Under the pieces are notes generated by a model. That model was not told where the DNA came from and did not search any database. It saw nothing but the letters and a program-made list of their open reading frames with translations. The position numbers and the translations under genes are program-made. From Rhynchobatus australiae (taxonomy: Eukaryota): a DNA stretch of 64,000 nt. Shown here in pieces: positions 13,471 to 25,929 of this stretch (its first letter is position 1; every line of letters begins with the position of its first letter). The stretch spans positions 67,104,385 through 67,168,384 of the forward strand of contig JAUZTB010000107.1 in assembly GCA_034780895.1 (NCBI GenBank). Direction: 5' to 3'.

Positions 13471-14021
13471 CTTTCATTGTAAAAACCAGAATGCAGAGGC
13501 TAACTTATTTTTTGTGTTGTTATACAAGAACGTCAGCATACAGAAAATTCTGCAATGCTTTCTTGACATTGATATATATTGTTTTTGCCAAATTCAAAAC
13601 TAAAATGTAATTATTAAAACAAATGAACAGACTTGACAGTTTTAGGTATCATCAATAAAAGAATGTGGCATTGTGGAACTGCAAATTATTCATAAAATTT
13701 TTAAAACTTTAGTGAAAGAGCAACTATTTGCCCTTTAGAAAACACTACCCAAATTTATGCTGACTTCAAAATTATGAAAGCTTTGTCATGAAAATCCATA
13801 TTACTTTCCCAAACTATTCTAAATACCAGCTTTTTCAATTCATTAAAACACATACATGATGGTATTTAAAATGAACCCATGAAAAAAAGAACATGAATTG
13901 GCCTCATTGGGAAAACTAAGCTCCAAAAAAAAAATTCCTGTAAATTCTTTAAAAGAAAAGATAGCATGTGAATATTTCAAGTGCTGCAAGTTTCTTTCCC
14001 ATTCCACGCTTGTACAAGTAC

Positions 14022-14180
14022 CTGTTTTCGAAGTAATTCTTCTCTTTGGCGTCTCTCTTCCTCTTCTCTTTGCCTCTCTTCATGCCTTCGACGGGCTTCT
14101 TCTTGTTGTTGTCGCTCTTCCTCTTCCCTTTGCCGACGCAGTGCTGCTTCGTGCTCTCTTTGACGTCGAAGTGCTTCTTC
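14022..14180 (-). CDS. GIGYF2: GIGYF2 coiled-coil exon (EEALRRQREHEAALRRQREEEERQQQEEARRRHEERQREEEERRQREELLRKQ)
   Basis: Acceptor gccttag|GAA, donor CAG|gtactt, 159 nt, phase 0-0, open frame. Confidence 0.94.
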
Positions 14181-15350
14181 CTAAGGCCAAGCAAATAGAT
14201 AAAATTGTTTTAATACTGCTTCAAAGTAATAATGCATTTCAAATTCTCCATCCATTGTATATTGTCCCATCGAGCCTAAAGATTTAAACTTAAGGGGAAA
14301 ACATAAGGGAAAAAACTGTTTTCTTTGCGATCTCTGATGAAAATTTATAATTAAAATATACAGTTTTGCTCCCTGCATTCCACATAAAAGTTGAACTTGG
14401 GGAACACCTACACAGAGATATTAACACACAAACTGAACACCAGATAAGTAGCTATGCTTTGCAACATATAACAAATAAATGGAGTACTCTTCAAATGCTC
14501 TGTTATTTCACTCACCAGTGTAGCTCAGCTGTTTTTAATTCATTCTTGGGAACTGGGTATCATTGTGCATCTCTAAATGCCCTCAAGAAAGTGGCAGGTA
14601 AGCCATGTTGAACTGTTGCAATCCATGCTGTGAAGATACTCCCATTATGCTGCTAAGTGGGAGGTTTAGGATTTTGACCTAATGACAAAGGAGGAATGGC
14701 AATATACTTACAAGTCAGGATAGAAGGGAACTTGCAAGCAGTGGTGTTCTCATACAGCTGCTGCCCTTGCCCATTTAGGCAGCAGAGGTTTGGGTTTAAG
14801 AACTGCTATCAAAGGAACTTTGGGAAAGAAAGTATAATGTAGACTTGTTAAATTCAAAGGGACCTCAGACTTGCTGGGTTTCCCAGCCACTCTTCCCAGA
14901 GGAGGGAATGGAGACATGCATGTTTCCAACGGAAACTTAATATCAAATCTTTGATCTTCATTACATCAAACATAAATAATAATGAAGTATGAGGTTTGTT
15001 ACTTGTAATCTGATTTATGCAATCTGTTTGTTAAGTGTTCAGTATTTCTTTTAAAAATGCAATCTAAATTTTGAACAAGTACAAGGCAGATGGCACAATT
15101 GTTTCTGGAATTATTTGCTGATAGAATACACATAGGGAAGTAGAAATCTATTCTTTTTATGTTCATATTAATCCTAACACAAACAAAAACAATAACTGGA
15201 ACTCCTTGCAACCAACCACGTTTCAAAAATGAAAGGGTAATTGCAACTGGACTTTGTAACTGTTACGATTATTTTGTTGCATCAACTGTTGAGCTAGTGT
15301 GTCTTAAGGGGAGCTGTGTTTTTACTCCTAAATTCTGCTCTTAAATGTAC

Positions 15351-15506
15351 CTGTTTCCTCCTCATAAGCTGCTCTTCCTCCCTACGTTTCTTTTCCTCTT
15401 CTTGCCTCCGCAGTACCTCTTCTTGGTGACGACGAATTTCTTCTTGTTTTCTTTCCTCTTCTTCCCTTTTTGCCCTAATTTCTGTTTCTCTCCTTTCTTG
15501 TTCAAG
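15351..15506 (-). CDS. GIGYF2: GIGYF2 coiled-coil exon (LEQERRETEIRAKREEEERKQEEIRRHQEEVLRRQEEEKKRREEEQLMRRKQ)
   Basis: Acceptor tgtttag|CTT, donor CAG|gtacat, 156 nt, phase 0-0. Confidence 0.94.
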
Positions 15507-16835
15507 CTAAACATGAAATATCAAGAGGGTTAACAAGTTTCTAGAACTTGAATCAGTTGAAATTAATTCTTAATAATCTTGAGTATGCTGCATTCATAAA
15601 TTTGCAAAATATGTTCTGCATCATATACAGATTCCACTATCATACAACTTTAATACCAAGGAACAATTTCCAGCTAATTTTTCTTGCACATATGTACGAA
15701 AACCAATGTAAATGAATTAAACAACCTATACTTTTCATCAGCATATCTAAGATTACTGCATCAGAACACAATTGCCATTTGAAAGGCAAGAAAATAACTG
15801 CGCCTATACAAGGGTTTCACCTCATCTGAACACAAAAAGTTTACCTTGATTACCAATGGCTTAGAATTTGAAGGANNNNNNNNNNNNNNNNNNNNNNNNN
15901 NNNNNNNNNNNNNNNNNNNNNNNNNNNNNNNNNNNNNNNNNNNNNNNNNNNNNNNNNNNNNNNNNNNNNNNNNNNATGGCTTAGAATTTGAAGGAAAATG
16001 TTGGCATTTCCCTTAATTGCCACCATTTACCCTCATAATTCTGAGCAAATTCAGGATTACCTAATGTATAGTTAATGGCATGCCTATGGTCTTTCTGATA
16101 CATTCTAATATTGGAGATGTTCTCTGAGATCAGTGAGGGAATCCTAATTGCCCAGCACTTATCACTGGAATCTGTACCAACATCCTGACTGAGTTGGACT
16201 AAAAGAATAATTGCTTCAAATGTTAATTTCATTAGAGGGAAATGGCAAGGGGTTGCTTAGGTTGCTTTAAAATTATTTGTATGCAGAAGTGTTGATAATT
16301 ATTTGATTTTTAAACCTGGAAAAAAATTCCCAGTATTTTTAATACTTTCTAGATGTCAGAAACTGCACACAAAACAATTTTGAAACTAGCTAAGCCAGAG
16401 AGTCTGATGAGCTAAGATGGGTTGAAACTGAACTGCTCTGCTAGGCTCCTCATGGTTACCCTGATACAAATAGACAAATTCAAATGAATGGGAGAAATCA
16501 GCTGCTTGGAGGAAGGTTTTATTTGATTTTATTTAGTTTGAATTTTTTAATTATGTCTGTTCATTATTACTTTCTTTAATATTTACATTTTTTAAGCATT
16601 GTTAAACATGGGTTCTGACTGACTTTGAATGTTTGTAAATGCTGTCCTTGCCAGTGCAACTGGCTGCTTGCACAGGAAGAGGCCCTGTGCTGCCCTGGGT
16701 TTTGAGGTACTGGGAGCTGGCCTCCCAGGGAAGACTGCTGTGAGGGATAGCATGGCTCAGGGATTATACGATTACAAAAACAAAATGAATTCTGGGCAGC
16801 AACTTTTCTCAAGTTTGGATACATCTCGTCTTTAC

Positions 16836-16936
16836 CTTGGCAGCTTTACCCCTCTCCATCTGCTGAATTTGATCAACAGAGGACGCTTGAGTTGAAGAAT
16901 CTACTGGCAAGTCCCATACACTGCCACAATCCCAAC
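16836..16936 (-). CDS. GIGYF2: GIGYF2 exon (GWDCGSVWDLPVDSSTQASSVDQIQQMERGKAAK)
   Basis: Acceptor ttctcag|GT, donor AAG|gtaaag, 101 nt, phase 1-0. GSVWDLP and KAAK match GIGYF2. Confidence 0.93.
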
Positions 16937-17019
16937 CTGAGAAAATAAATAGATAATTTTTTTAAAAAAATTGACAAGTTCGTTAAATAAAATCTAAACA
17001 TTCTGAACTGAAAATAGGT

Positions 17020-18000
17020 TCTATTTCTGTAAGCCTCTCATTCTTCTAAACATGGGAGAGTATATGCCAGTGTGCTTAATTTCTCCTTGAAGGACAAACT
17101 CCTCATCCCAGGAATCAATCTGCTGAACCTGTTTTGCACTCCCTCTAGCACAAGTATAACCATCTTCAGGTAGAGAGATGAAACCCGAACACAATATTCC
17201 AGGTGCAGATTTACCAGGTTTCCATATAATTGCAGTGGAATACCATTACTCTTGTATTTAAATCTTTTTGTAATGAATATTAATATACAGCTTCCCTTGG
17301 TGTACTTGCACTTATTGGAATTGTACCATAACTTTCAATGATATGGTAGGACACCAGAGGTACTTGTGAAAACAAACATCTCTCAATTTTTTTTCCATTT
17401 TTTCTATTCAAACTGCATAATTCACATTTTTCCTTATTAGTTGGTATTTGCCATGTCCTTGCCTACTCACTTTGCCAGTCTAGTCACCTCTTAAAGCTCT
17501 CTGCATCTTCCTCACGACCTACACTGTATTCAGTTTTGTATATTCAGCAAACTTGGATACATCACACTTGGCCCATACCATTGATACAGTTGTGTCCAGC
17601 TGGGACCTCAGCACTGATCCCTGTAACACAACAAATGTTAAAGACTCCCAGTGCAAAAATGACTGGTTTATCTATCAACCAATCCTCAGTCTACTCCTGT
17701 ACATTACCCCAATGCCACATGCTTTTGTTTAATAACCTTTAGTGTGGCACCTTATCAAAGGCCTTCTGAAAATCCAAACACACCACATCCACCAGTTATT
17801 CCTTACCTATTTTGCTTGTTACAACTCAAAAAACCTAACAAATTTGTCAAATGCAATGTCCTTTTTATAAATCCATGCTCATTCTGACGAATATTATTAT
17901 TTTCTAAGTGCCTTGCTACCACTTCCTTAATAATAGATTCTGGCATTTTCACTACTTCTCATGTCAGACTAAAATTGATCTGCAGTTCTTTGCTTTCTCT
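17020..18000 (-). mobile_element. Decayed CR1-like LINE ORF2 fragment
   Basis: ggcaccttatcaaaggccttctgaaaatccaa is the reverse complement of LDFQKAFDKVP (RT motif). Confidence 0.75.
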
Positions 18001-18301
18001 CTCTCATTTCATTAACTTGCATGGGTAATCAAAGATTTAAGAACAAATGCAATTTTTAACCAGATAGGACTCATCTCTTGGTGACATCAGAAGACTCCTG
18101 TTAAGGAAAATGATTCCAAAGGGATTGTGACACGGACAACTTTTCCTTGACATCATGTTATGAAATGACACAGACTACAAATAGAATCTTTATCAAGGCA
18201 ATCGCTTACTTGTGGAGTAACACTAAGAATCACAATCCTCCAATAATAATGGCAGAATAAATCCCTGACCCAGCAAAAAGAATACATGCATTGGGACAAC
18301 C

Positions 18302-18386
18302 GTATCCTTCATGTATATATAATGGAGGAGTATCCTTCAGGTGTATAAATAATGGAGTATCCTTCAGGTGTATATATAATGGAGGA
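18302..18386. repeat. Minisatellite, 3 copies of ~27-30 nt (gtatccttcaggtgtatatataatgga[gga])
   Basis: Three near-identical units start at 18302, 18330 and 18357. Confidence 0.9.
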
Positions 18387-19329
18387 TGAAGAGTTGCCAG
18401 AAGTTAAAGCTTAAATTGTTGCATTAAGGTACAAAAATTAGAGTCACAAAGATGGAGTTACCTAGAGCAACAACATACTGATGCATGGTATTTTTAATCA
18501 TGGAAAAGAATCAATGAATTCAGCCCAGATTAGGCAAGAACATTTTCATGGGATTACTTATGGCAACATTTTTATTTGTTACCATCACAAGTTCTGGTCT
18601 AACCAACATAAATAACCTAAATCTAACTCCAAAACAAATTAAATGGTTAGAGGGCCATCAGCATTCTATAGCTTGTACTGGATATCCCAACTGTTTTTTT
18701 TAAAATCAGAAAAAATTCAAAGTTTGGTCCAAACTTTACTAATTCAACATTAACCTTATGAGAACAACACATCATCAATTTCTGGATGTGCACAACTGAG
18801 CTCACTTCAAACATTGTGGCATGCTCAGGGCCACCTCAGACCATCTTATTAGGACTGTTACATTTCAGACAGGGCAAAATGACTGATCAACCAGCTTTTC
18901 TGTTTTAACAATATTCAAACCAGAGGTTAACACAAAGGGAGGAGACACAGATGTGACTTTTAAATTTGAGAAACTAAGGGTGGGAAGGAGGGTCATCATA
19001 GACCACAGAGGAGAGAACAGGCAAGGAAAAGAGCCTAGAATAGAATATAAACAGCAGAGCTTTGGATGAGCAGATGCTTACAAAGATACAGAATTTTATT
19101 GGGGGATGGGAGGCAGGAGTGTATTGGAATGTCCACAGTTGGAATTGGATGGAGTTTGCAGAAATGGAGGAGAGATTACCATAACAAATCCAAAATATGA
19201 TACTTTCCACTATTAATAGCTTAGATGAAAATTGATTTTATGATGGTTAAGGTCTCTAAAAAGGTGCAAAATGCTTAAATGTACATTCTTTTCCATCAGT
19301 AAATTAGTATATTGCATGATAATATTTAC

Positions 19330-19430
19330 CTGAGGCCTGAGGTGATGGTGTTTGCAACTCCCATATTGAGTTACTGTCAGGTACAGTCATTGACCTTGTT
19401 ACTGGGGGCATCAGACTTTGCTCTGAAGAT
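19330..19430 (-). CDS. GIGYF2: GIGYF2 exon (SSEQSLMPPVTRSMTVPDSNSIWELQTPSPQAS)
   Basis: Acceptor gcattcag|A, donor CAG|gtaaat, 101 nt, phase 2-1. Contains the VTRS.sVPD..SIWELQ motif. Confidence 0.92.
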
Positions 19431-19847
19431 CTGAATGCAGACAAAATAATCATTTTTCCTACTTTTAGAAAACATTTTTTTATCTTTGACTATTAAATAT
19501 TAAGATGACAACTTTGAGACTAGTTAATACAAGTAGATTACTTCACATAATTAAAAACATACACTGTAATAATTTAAATCTCTATCCAAGATTCAGTGAT
19601 TGAACACACAGGAAGAAATACTAATGGCTGCACTGAATTTTATTCCATGAAGCTAATGCACTTATTTAAATAAGGACAATGAGCAGATTAACAATATAAT
19701 TCCACACTCCATTTCAAGATTGTTTGAATGACAAAACATATTTACTTCAGAATAAAACTTTTCTTAAACCGTTAAATCAGAAAACATTGGAATGAAGAAC
19801 AATGCTCTGGTATCATTTTGATAATAAACAGGTGTCTTCCTCATAGT

Positions 19848-20627
19848 ATAGAACATAAAAAACTACAGCACAATTTAGGTCCTATGGCCCACAAAGCTGT
19901 GCCGAACATGTCCCTAACCTAGAAATTACCAGACCTACCCACAGCCCTCTATTTTATTTAGCTCCATGTACCTATCTAACAGTCTCTTGAAAGACCCTAT
20001 CATATCCACCTCCACCACCATTTCCGGCAGCGCATTCCAAACACTCACTACTCTCTGCATAAAAAACTTACCCCTGACATCTCCTCTATATCTACTCCCC
20101 AGCACCTTAAACCTATGCCCTCTCGTGGCCGCCATTTCAGCCCTGGGGAAAAGCCTCTGACTATCTACCTGATCAATACCTCTCATCATCTTATACACCT
20201 CTATCAGGNNNNNNNNNNNNNNNNNNNNNNNNNNNNNNNNNNNNNNNNNNNNNNNNNNNNNNNNNNNNNNNNNNNNNNNNNNNNNNNNNNNNNNNNNNNN
20301 NNNNNNNNTTCTCCATAAGCCTCGCATGGGGCACCTTATCAAACGCCTTGCTGAAATCCATATACACTACATCTACTGCTCTCCCCTCATCGATGTGCTT
20401 AGTCACATTCTCAAAAAATTCAATCAGGCTTGTAAGGCAGAACCTGCCCCTGACAAACCCATGCTAACTATTTCTAATCATATTATACCTCTCCAAATGT
20501 TCGTAAATCTTGCCTCTCAGGATCTTCTCCATCAGCTTACCAACCACTGAGGTAAGACTCAGCAGTCTATAATTCCCTGGGCTATCTCTACTCCCGTTCT
20601 TGAATAAGGGAACAACATCCGCAACCA
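19848..20627 (-). mobile_element. Relatively young CR1-like (HER1-type) LINE with an internal gap
   Basis: ORFs with PGNYR..SLTSVVGKLMEKI, DVVYMDFSKAFDKVPH and LIEVYKMMRGID...FFMQRVVSVWNALP; tail atagaacataaaaaactacagcaca. Confidence 0.92.
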
Positions 20628-21299
20628 GTATGAAGTAATATTTTGAATTTAAGGTGATATATGATTTTGATGCCATAAAATGATTTCTGAGGGGACTTGA
20701 TAGTATTTCTGCTGGTTAGAAACTTATTTAGCTTTCAATTAAGAATAATGACTTAATTTCATGACCCTGATCATTTTCTTTATCTGCTTCCCAATTAGTC
20801 CATGCTGCTCAATGACGCACAAACTAAGTCTTCCCCTCTCCCCTTCCTGAAATTGCCAACCTCCTCCCTTTGAAGCCACTGATTTTTTGCAGGTTACAAG
20901 ATGGTGCCCAAGTAACCATTCTTCAAAGGAAAAGGTTATTTATCTTCTGGGGTAGCATCCAAAACTGTTTATCATTGAATAGCTCAAAGAGCCAACAGGA
21001 ACATGAACTCTACTTTAAGTACCTTTTCTGCAGCCCAAATAGTTGTAGCTAATTCTCACCACCAGTGCCTTAACTCCAAAGGACAGAGAGTTCTCCAATT
21101 TTCAATGATTCTTCCACCCCCACCCCTCCCACCACACCCCAAGGTGCCCTGCTATTCTACCAAGGTAATTGACTTTAGGTTAAAATTATAACATAATAAA
21201 TACAAAGTGGAGAATTTGAGTGAATAAAATCATCATAAATATAGACAACAAGAAACTATTTGTGAAGCACTTAAAAATCCCTAGCTACCAACCCTCTAC

Positions 21300-22030
21300 A
21301 GTGTTGATGAGTAGAGGGATCTTGGGGTCCAAATTTATAGTTCCCTAAAAGTGGCTATACAGGTTGATAGGGCGGTAAAGAAGGCATATGGCATGCTTGC
21401 CTTCATTAGTCGAGGCACTGAGTTCAAGAGACAGGAGGTTACACTGCAGCTTTATAAAACTTTAGTTAGGCCTTATCTGGAGTACGGTATTCAGTTCTGG
21501 TCACCCATTATAGGAAGGACATCGAGGCTTTGGAGAAGGTGCAGAAGAGCTTTACCAAGACGCTGCCTAGTTTAGAGGGCATGCGCTACAATGATAGGTT
21601 GGACAAACTTGGGTTGTTTTCTCTGGAGTGGTGGAGGTTGAGGGGAGATTTATAAGAATATGAAAGGCATAGATAGAGTAGGCAGCCAGTATCTTTTCCC
21701 CAGGGTTGAAATGTCTAAAACCAGAGGGCATGCATTTAAGGTGATAGGGGTAAGTTCAAAGGAGAGGTGCAGGGCAAGTGTTTTTTTTTACACACTTAGA
21801 GAGTGGTAGGTACCTGGAATGCACTGCCTGGGGTGGTGGTGGAGGAAAATATGACAGGGGCATTTAAGAAGCTCTTAGATAGGTACATGAATGTCAGGGA
21901 AATGGTAGGGTATAGACTGCGTAGGTAGGAGGGAATAGTTTAGTTGGGCATTTTATTACTAATGTAATTGGTTCAGCACAACATTGTGGGCCGAAGGGTC
22001 TGTTCCTGTGCTGTACTATGTTCTATCTAA
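21300..22030 (+). mobile_element. CR1-like LINE 3' end
   Basis: ORF 21351..21575 has KKAYGMLAFISRG.EFK..EVTLQLYKTLVRPYLEY..QFWSP; tail gggccgaagggtctgttcctgtgctgtactatgttcta. Confidence 0.92.
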
Positions 22031-22170
22031 ATCAAAAAATATGCCCAGATTACTTTTATCAATCATAATTTGCTTAAGAATTTTAATATTAATACAACAG
22101 CACTACTTCTCAATTACATATGTTAGAATATCACCACTCTTATTAAAAAAAACTGAATTCAAGTTGCTAC

Positions 22171-22311
22171 CTTAACTTTAAGGCTTGAAACTGCTCCAGA
22201 ATGGCAGCCAGTTGCTGTTGCTGCTGTTGTTGTTGCTGTTGCTGCTGTTGTGACGTTATAGCTCCCACAGCTGCCTTTTGATGGTGTGCTATTGCTTGTG
22301 CATACTGTTGC
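22171..22311 (-). CDS. GIGYF2: GIGYF2 exon with a Q13 tract (QQYAQAIAHHQKAAVGAITS-Q13-LAAILEQFQALKLR)
   Basis: Acceptor ttttttaag|G, donor AG|gtagca, 141 nt, phase 2-2. Lies within ORF 22167..22379. Confidence 0.92.
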
Positions 22312-23139
22312 CTTAAAAAAAAATTGTTTTGAGACAATATCAATCTAAACATGGATCTACAAGTATAACATTGACACAATTTAAAAATAATATTTGAACC
22401 TCAGAAATAATGTAAATTTTAGCAATGAAATTGAATTCATAGCCCACTTCATATTTCAGAACTGTGGTTAACCTTGAGAAACATGGAAAAATATTCTCCT
22501 TATTTTTACTATCAAGGATTGGATTCCAGCAATATATTTTATTTTCATCCACATGCATGTTAAATAATCAAACCATTCTAGGAAATGCTACACCTGTCCA
22601 CCATGTCCCCCTCCCAATTCTATGTTTCTAACTTATTTAAATCATTCATCCCCTCTTCTTGCAATGTCCTTTCCTTTCCTCATTCATCCATTAAACTATC
22701 CATTGTCAATCTCAGCCAAATAGTCTGGGCACATCAAAATACATAACTTCTCATCTCTCTTTGTTAAAAGATTTAAAAAGAAATTAAACTGATTTAGAAC
22801 TTCAGCATGACTCTTTTCAAATGAGCATTTGTCAAAAATATTGTATTTACCTCATGTAAGTTTAATTAAAATAAAATTCTCAATTTGATCAAAACTCTGC
22901 ACAGCAGTTATCAATTGCTTTGCTTAATTAACCAGCTGTACTTTGTAGTTGCAATAACAGAAACTGCTGGAAATACTCAGACTAAATGGCATACGTAGTG
23001 CTGGTGCCAGTTAAGAGCGCATGATGAAGGCTGTTTATCACTAATCTCATTCCTATTTACACCTTCTCCAGACATCTCAACTGCGATCAGCAAGCCATCA
23101 CACCCTCTCTCAGCCAGTACCACTACCACTTTGAATAGA

Positions 23140-25870
23140 AACTTGGAGTAGGCCATTCAGCCTTTTGATTGTGTTCTGCCATTCAATATGATCATGTATG
23201 ATAATTCAATCTTATTACCATACTTTCACTCTTTCCCCTGCTCCTGGAAATTTTTTTTGCAACTAGAAACTTACCTGACTCCTTCATTAATATATCCTGC
23301 AACTTTGCCTCTATAACCTTCTGTGAATTCTAGATTCATCTCAAGTGAAGAAATTTCTCTTCATATATTTTGCCCTGCAATCCAGGATTATGCCCCCTCA
23401 TTCCAGAAACTCTAGCCAAAGGAAAACATCCAATTTATCCAGCCCATTCAGAATTTTGTGAATTTCATTTAGATCCCCTCTCAATTTTTTTCTGAACCAA
23501 TACAAAACTACTAGGTGAAACCTTTTCTCAAACTACAGTCCCACCATCTCAGGAAGCTGGCTGGTGAACTTTCATTGTAGTCCCTTAACGGATCTTCCTT
23601 CTTGGGCAAGGAGGCAAAAACTGCACACTATATTCCAAGTGTGATCTCACCAAGGCTCCATGTAAGAAAACCCATACATCCTTGCTCTTGTACTCAAATG
23701 GTCTTGTAGTGAAAGGAATCATTCTATTTGCCTTCTCATCTGCTTTCAATGACAAATATGGACGAGCACCCATGTCTTTTTGTGCATTGATACCTTCCAA
23801 CTTAACTACCATTCAATAAGTTTTATGTTTTGCCTTCCAAAGTTGATAATTTCACATTTATCCACTTTATACTGCATCTGCCATATTTTTGCACACTTGC
23901 TCAATTTATTCAAGTCACCTTCAGGCCTCTTCTTCACAATTCATAATTGCCTGTTTAGTGATGTCAGAAAACTTCAAAATATTACATTCTTTTCCCTCAT
24001 CCAAATCATTTATATATAGTATGAAGAGCTGAGAGGCCCAAGCACGAATCCCATTAATTACTGCCTGCCTCTCAAAAGATAACCCATTTATTCCCACAGA
24101 GTCTTCTGTCTGTCAGTCAGTTAGTTTTCAATCCATGCCAATACCAACATCCACAATACCAGGGTCTTTAATTTTACACACTAAGTTTTTGTGTGGAAGT
24201 TTATCAGATGTTTTCTGAATATCCAAGTACACCACATCCATTGGCTCACCCTCATCTATTCTATCGATTATATCCGTCAAAACAAAACTTTGTTGGTTTG
24301 TTAGACACTATTTCTCTTCCAGAAATCCATGTGACTTTGTCGAATCCTACTGATATTTTCCAATTGTCCTGTTATCTCATCCTTTACAATAGCTTCAGCA
24401 TTTCTATCTTAAATGATGTTAGGCTAATTGGTCTAGGTTCCTGCTTTGTCTTTCTTTAAGATAGTAGGGTACTAATTGCTATCCTCCAATTTGTAGGAAC
24501 CACTCCATAACCTTTAGAACACTGGAAAGGGATGAACAATGCACCCACTATTTCCATAGCTACTTTCTATAGTACTTTGGGATTTAAATTATCACATTCT
24601 CAGGATTTTTCAGCTTTTCATGCCATTAATTTTTTCAGCACTATTTTCTTATTGATACCAATTTCCTTTAGTTCCTCACCTTCATTAGGCTCTTGGTTCC
24701 CTAACATTTCTGGAAAGTTACTTGTGCCCTCTTCTGTGAAGACAGAACCAAAGTATGTGTTTAATTGCTCTACCATTTCCCTCTTCCGAATTATAAATTT
24801 AGTTTCTGACTGCAGATTATCTACACTTGATTTCACTAATCATTTTCTTTTTACCTATTTGTAGAAACTTTTTATATCCCATGCAAGATTACTCCCATAT
24901 TCTTTTCTGTTTCTAACCCAATTTCTTTGTCCTTCTTTGCTGGAATCTAAACTGCTCCTAATCTTCTGATTTGCTGCAGTATCTAGCAACTTATACGACT
25001 ATTCTTTAGCTCTAATACTAGCCTTCACTTTGTTTTAGTTTTTTATTAGTTTGTGGTCTTTTCCTTTTGTATTTTTATGCCAGGCAGGAATCTATAACTG
25101 TTGCATTTCCTGCATTCATTCCCAAAATGTCAGTCACTGCACACCCACTGTCATGCCTAGCAATCAAGCTCCCCTATTTATGAAAGCCAACTCACTCTTC
25201 ATACTTCCCTCTGTTAAAATGTAGAAGCCTGCTTTTGGACTGAACTATTTTGCTTCCCATTTTAATAAAGAATCCTATCATGTTATGGTCACTCTTCTCA
25301 AATGGACCCCACATAGCAATCTTAACCAGCCTTTTCATGCAGCACAACATCCAGTCTAGGATAGTATGCTCCCATTGACTGCTTATCATTTTGTTCCAAA
25401 AAAACATTGAGTGCATGCTCCAGGAATTCTTCCTCCACAGTATTATTGCCAATTTAATTTGACCAGTATGCATGTACATTGTCATACCCTCGATTACTGC
25501 AGTACTCATTAGGTGTATCTTCAATCTCTTGTTCCATTGTTGTCCCCTACATAACCACTAGTATTTGGAGGACTATAGACAACTTCTACCATTATCTTTT
25601 GCCGCACGGTACTTCTTTGCTCCACCATCCTCAGATTTTCACTGTTGCATTAACTCCATTGTTTATGAACAATACTATTCCANNNNNNNNNNNNNNNNNN
25701 NNNNNNNNNNNNNNNNNNNNNNNNAAGTATCTAATATCCTGGCTATTTAACAGCCAGCCTCAGTCAACCTGTAGCCTGGACTCCATAACAGAATCACATT
25801 GTATCAGTTCACATGTATTTGCTCTTAGTTTATCCACCTTGTTAACAAAACTTCTCGCATTCAGATACAG
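23140..25870 (-). mobile_element. Long decayed CR1-like LINE (endonuclease through 3' tail)
   Basis: ORF remnants LVRSHLEYSVQF (23585..), EQLNTYFGSVFTEE (24618..) and SDHNMI (25192..). Confidence 0.82.
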
Positions 25871-25929
25871 CAACTTATATGCATCTTTTTAATATTTTTT
25901 TTAGATAGTCATAATCTCTCTTGTATAAC

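Noticed and set aside
13124-14287. Plus-strand ORFs 13124..13312, 13254..13610, 13898..14287, 13981..14163 (also 15345..15533 and 46883..47176)
   Set aside because: Antisense shadows of the purine-rich GIGYF2 exons; Leu/Ser/Phe/Cys-rich low-complexity translations with no independent gene signals.
18302-18386. Direct repeats of about 28 nt as a CRISPR array
   Set aside because: No spacers, no cas genes, eukaryotic intron.
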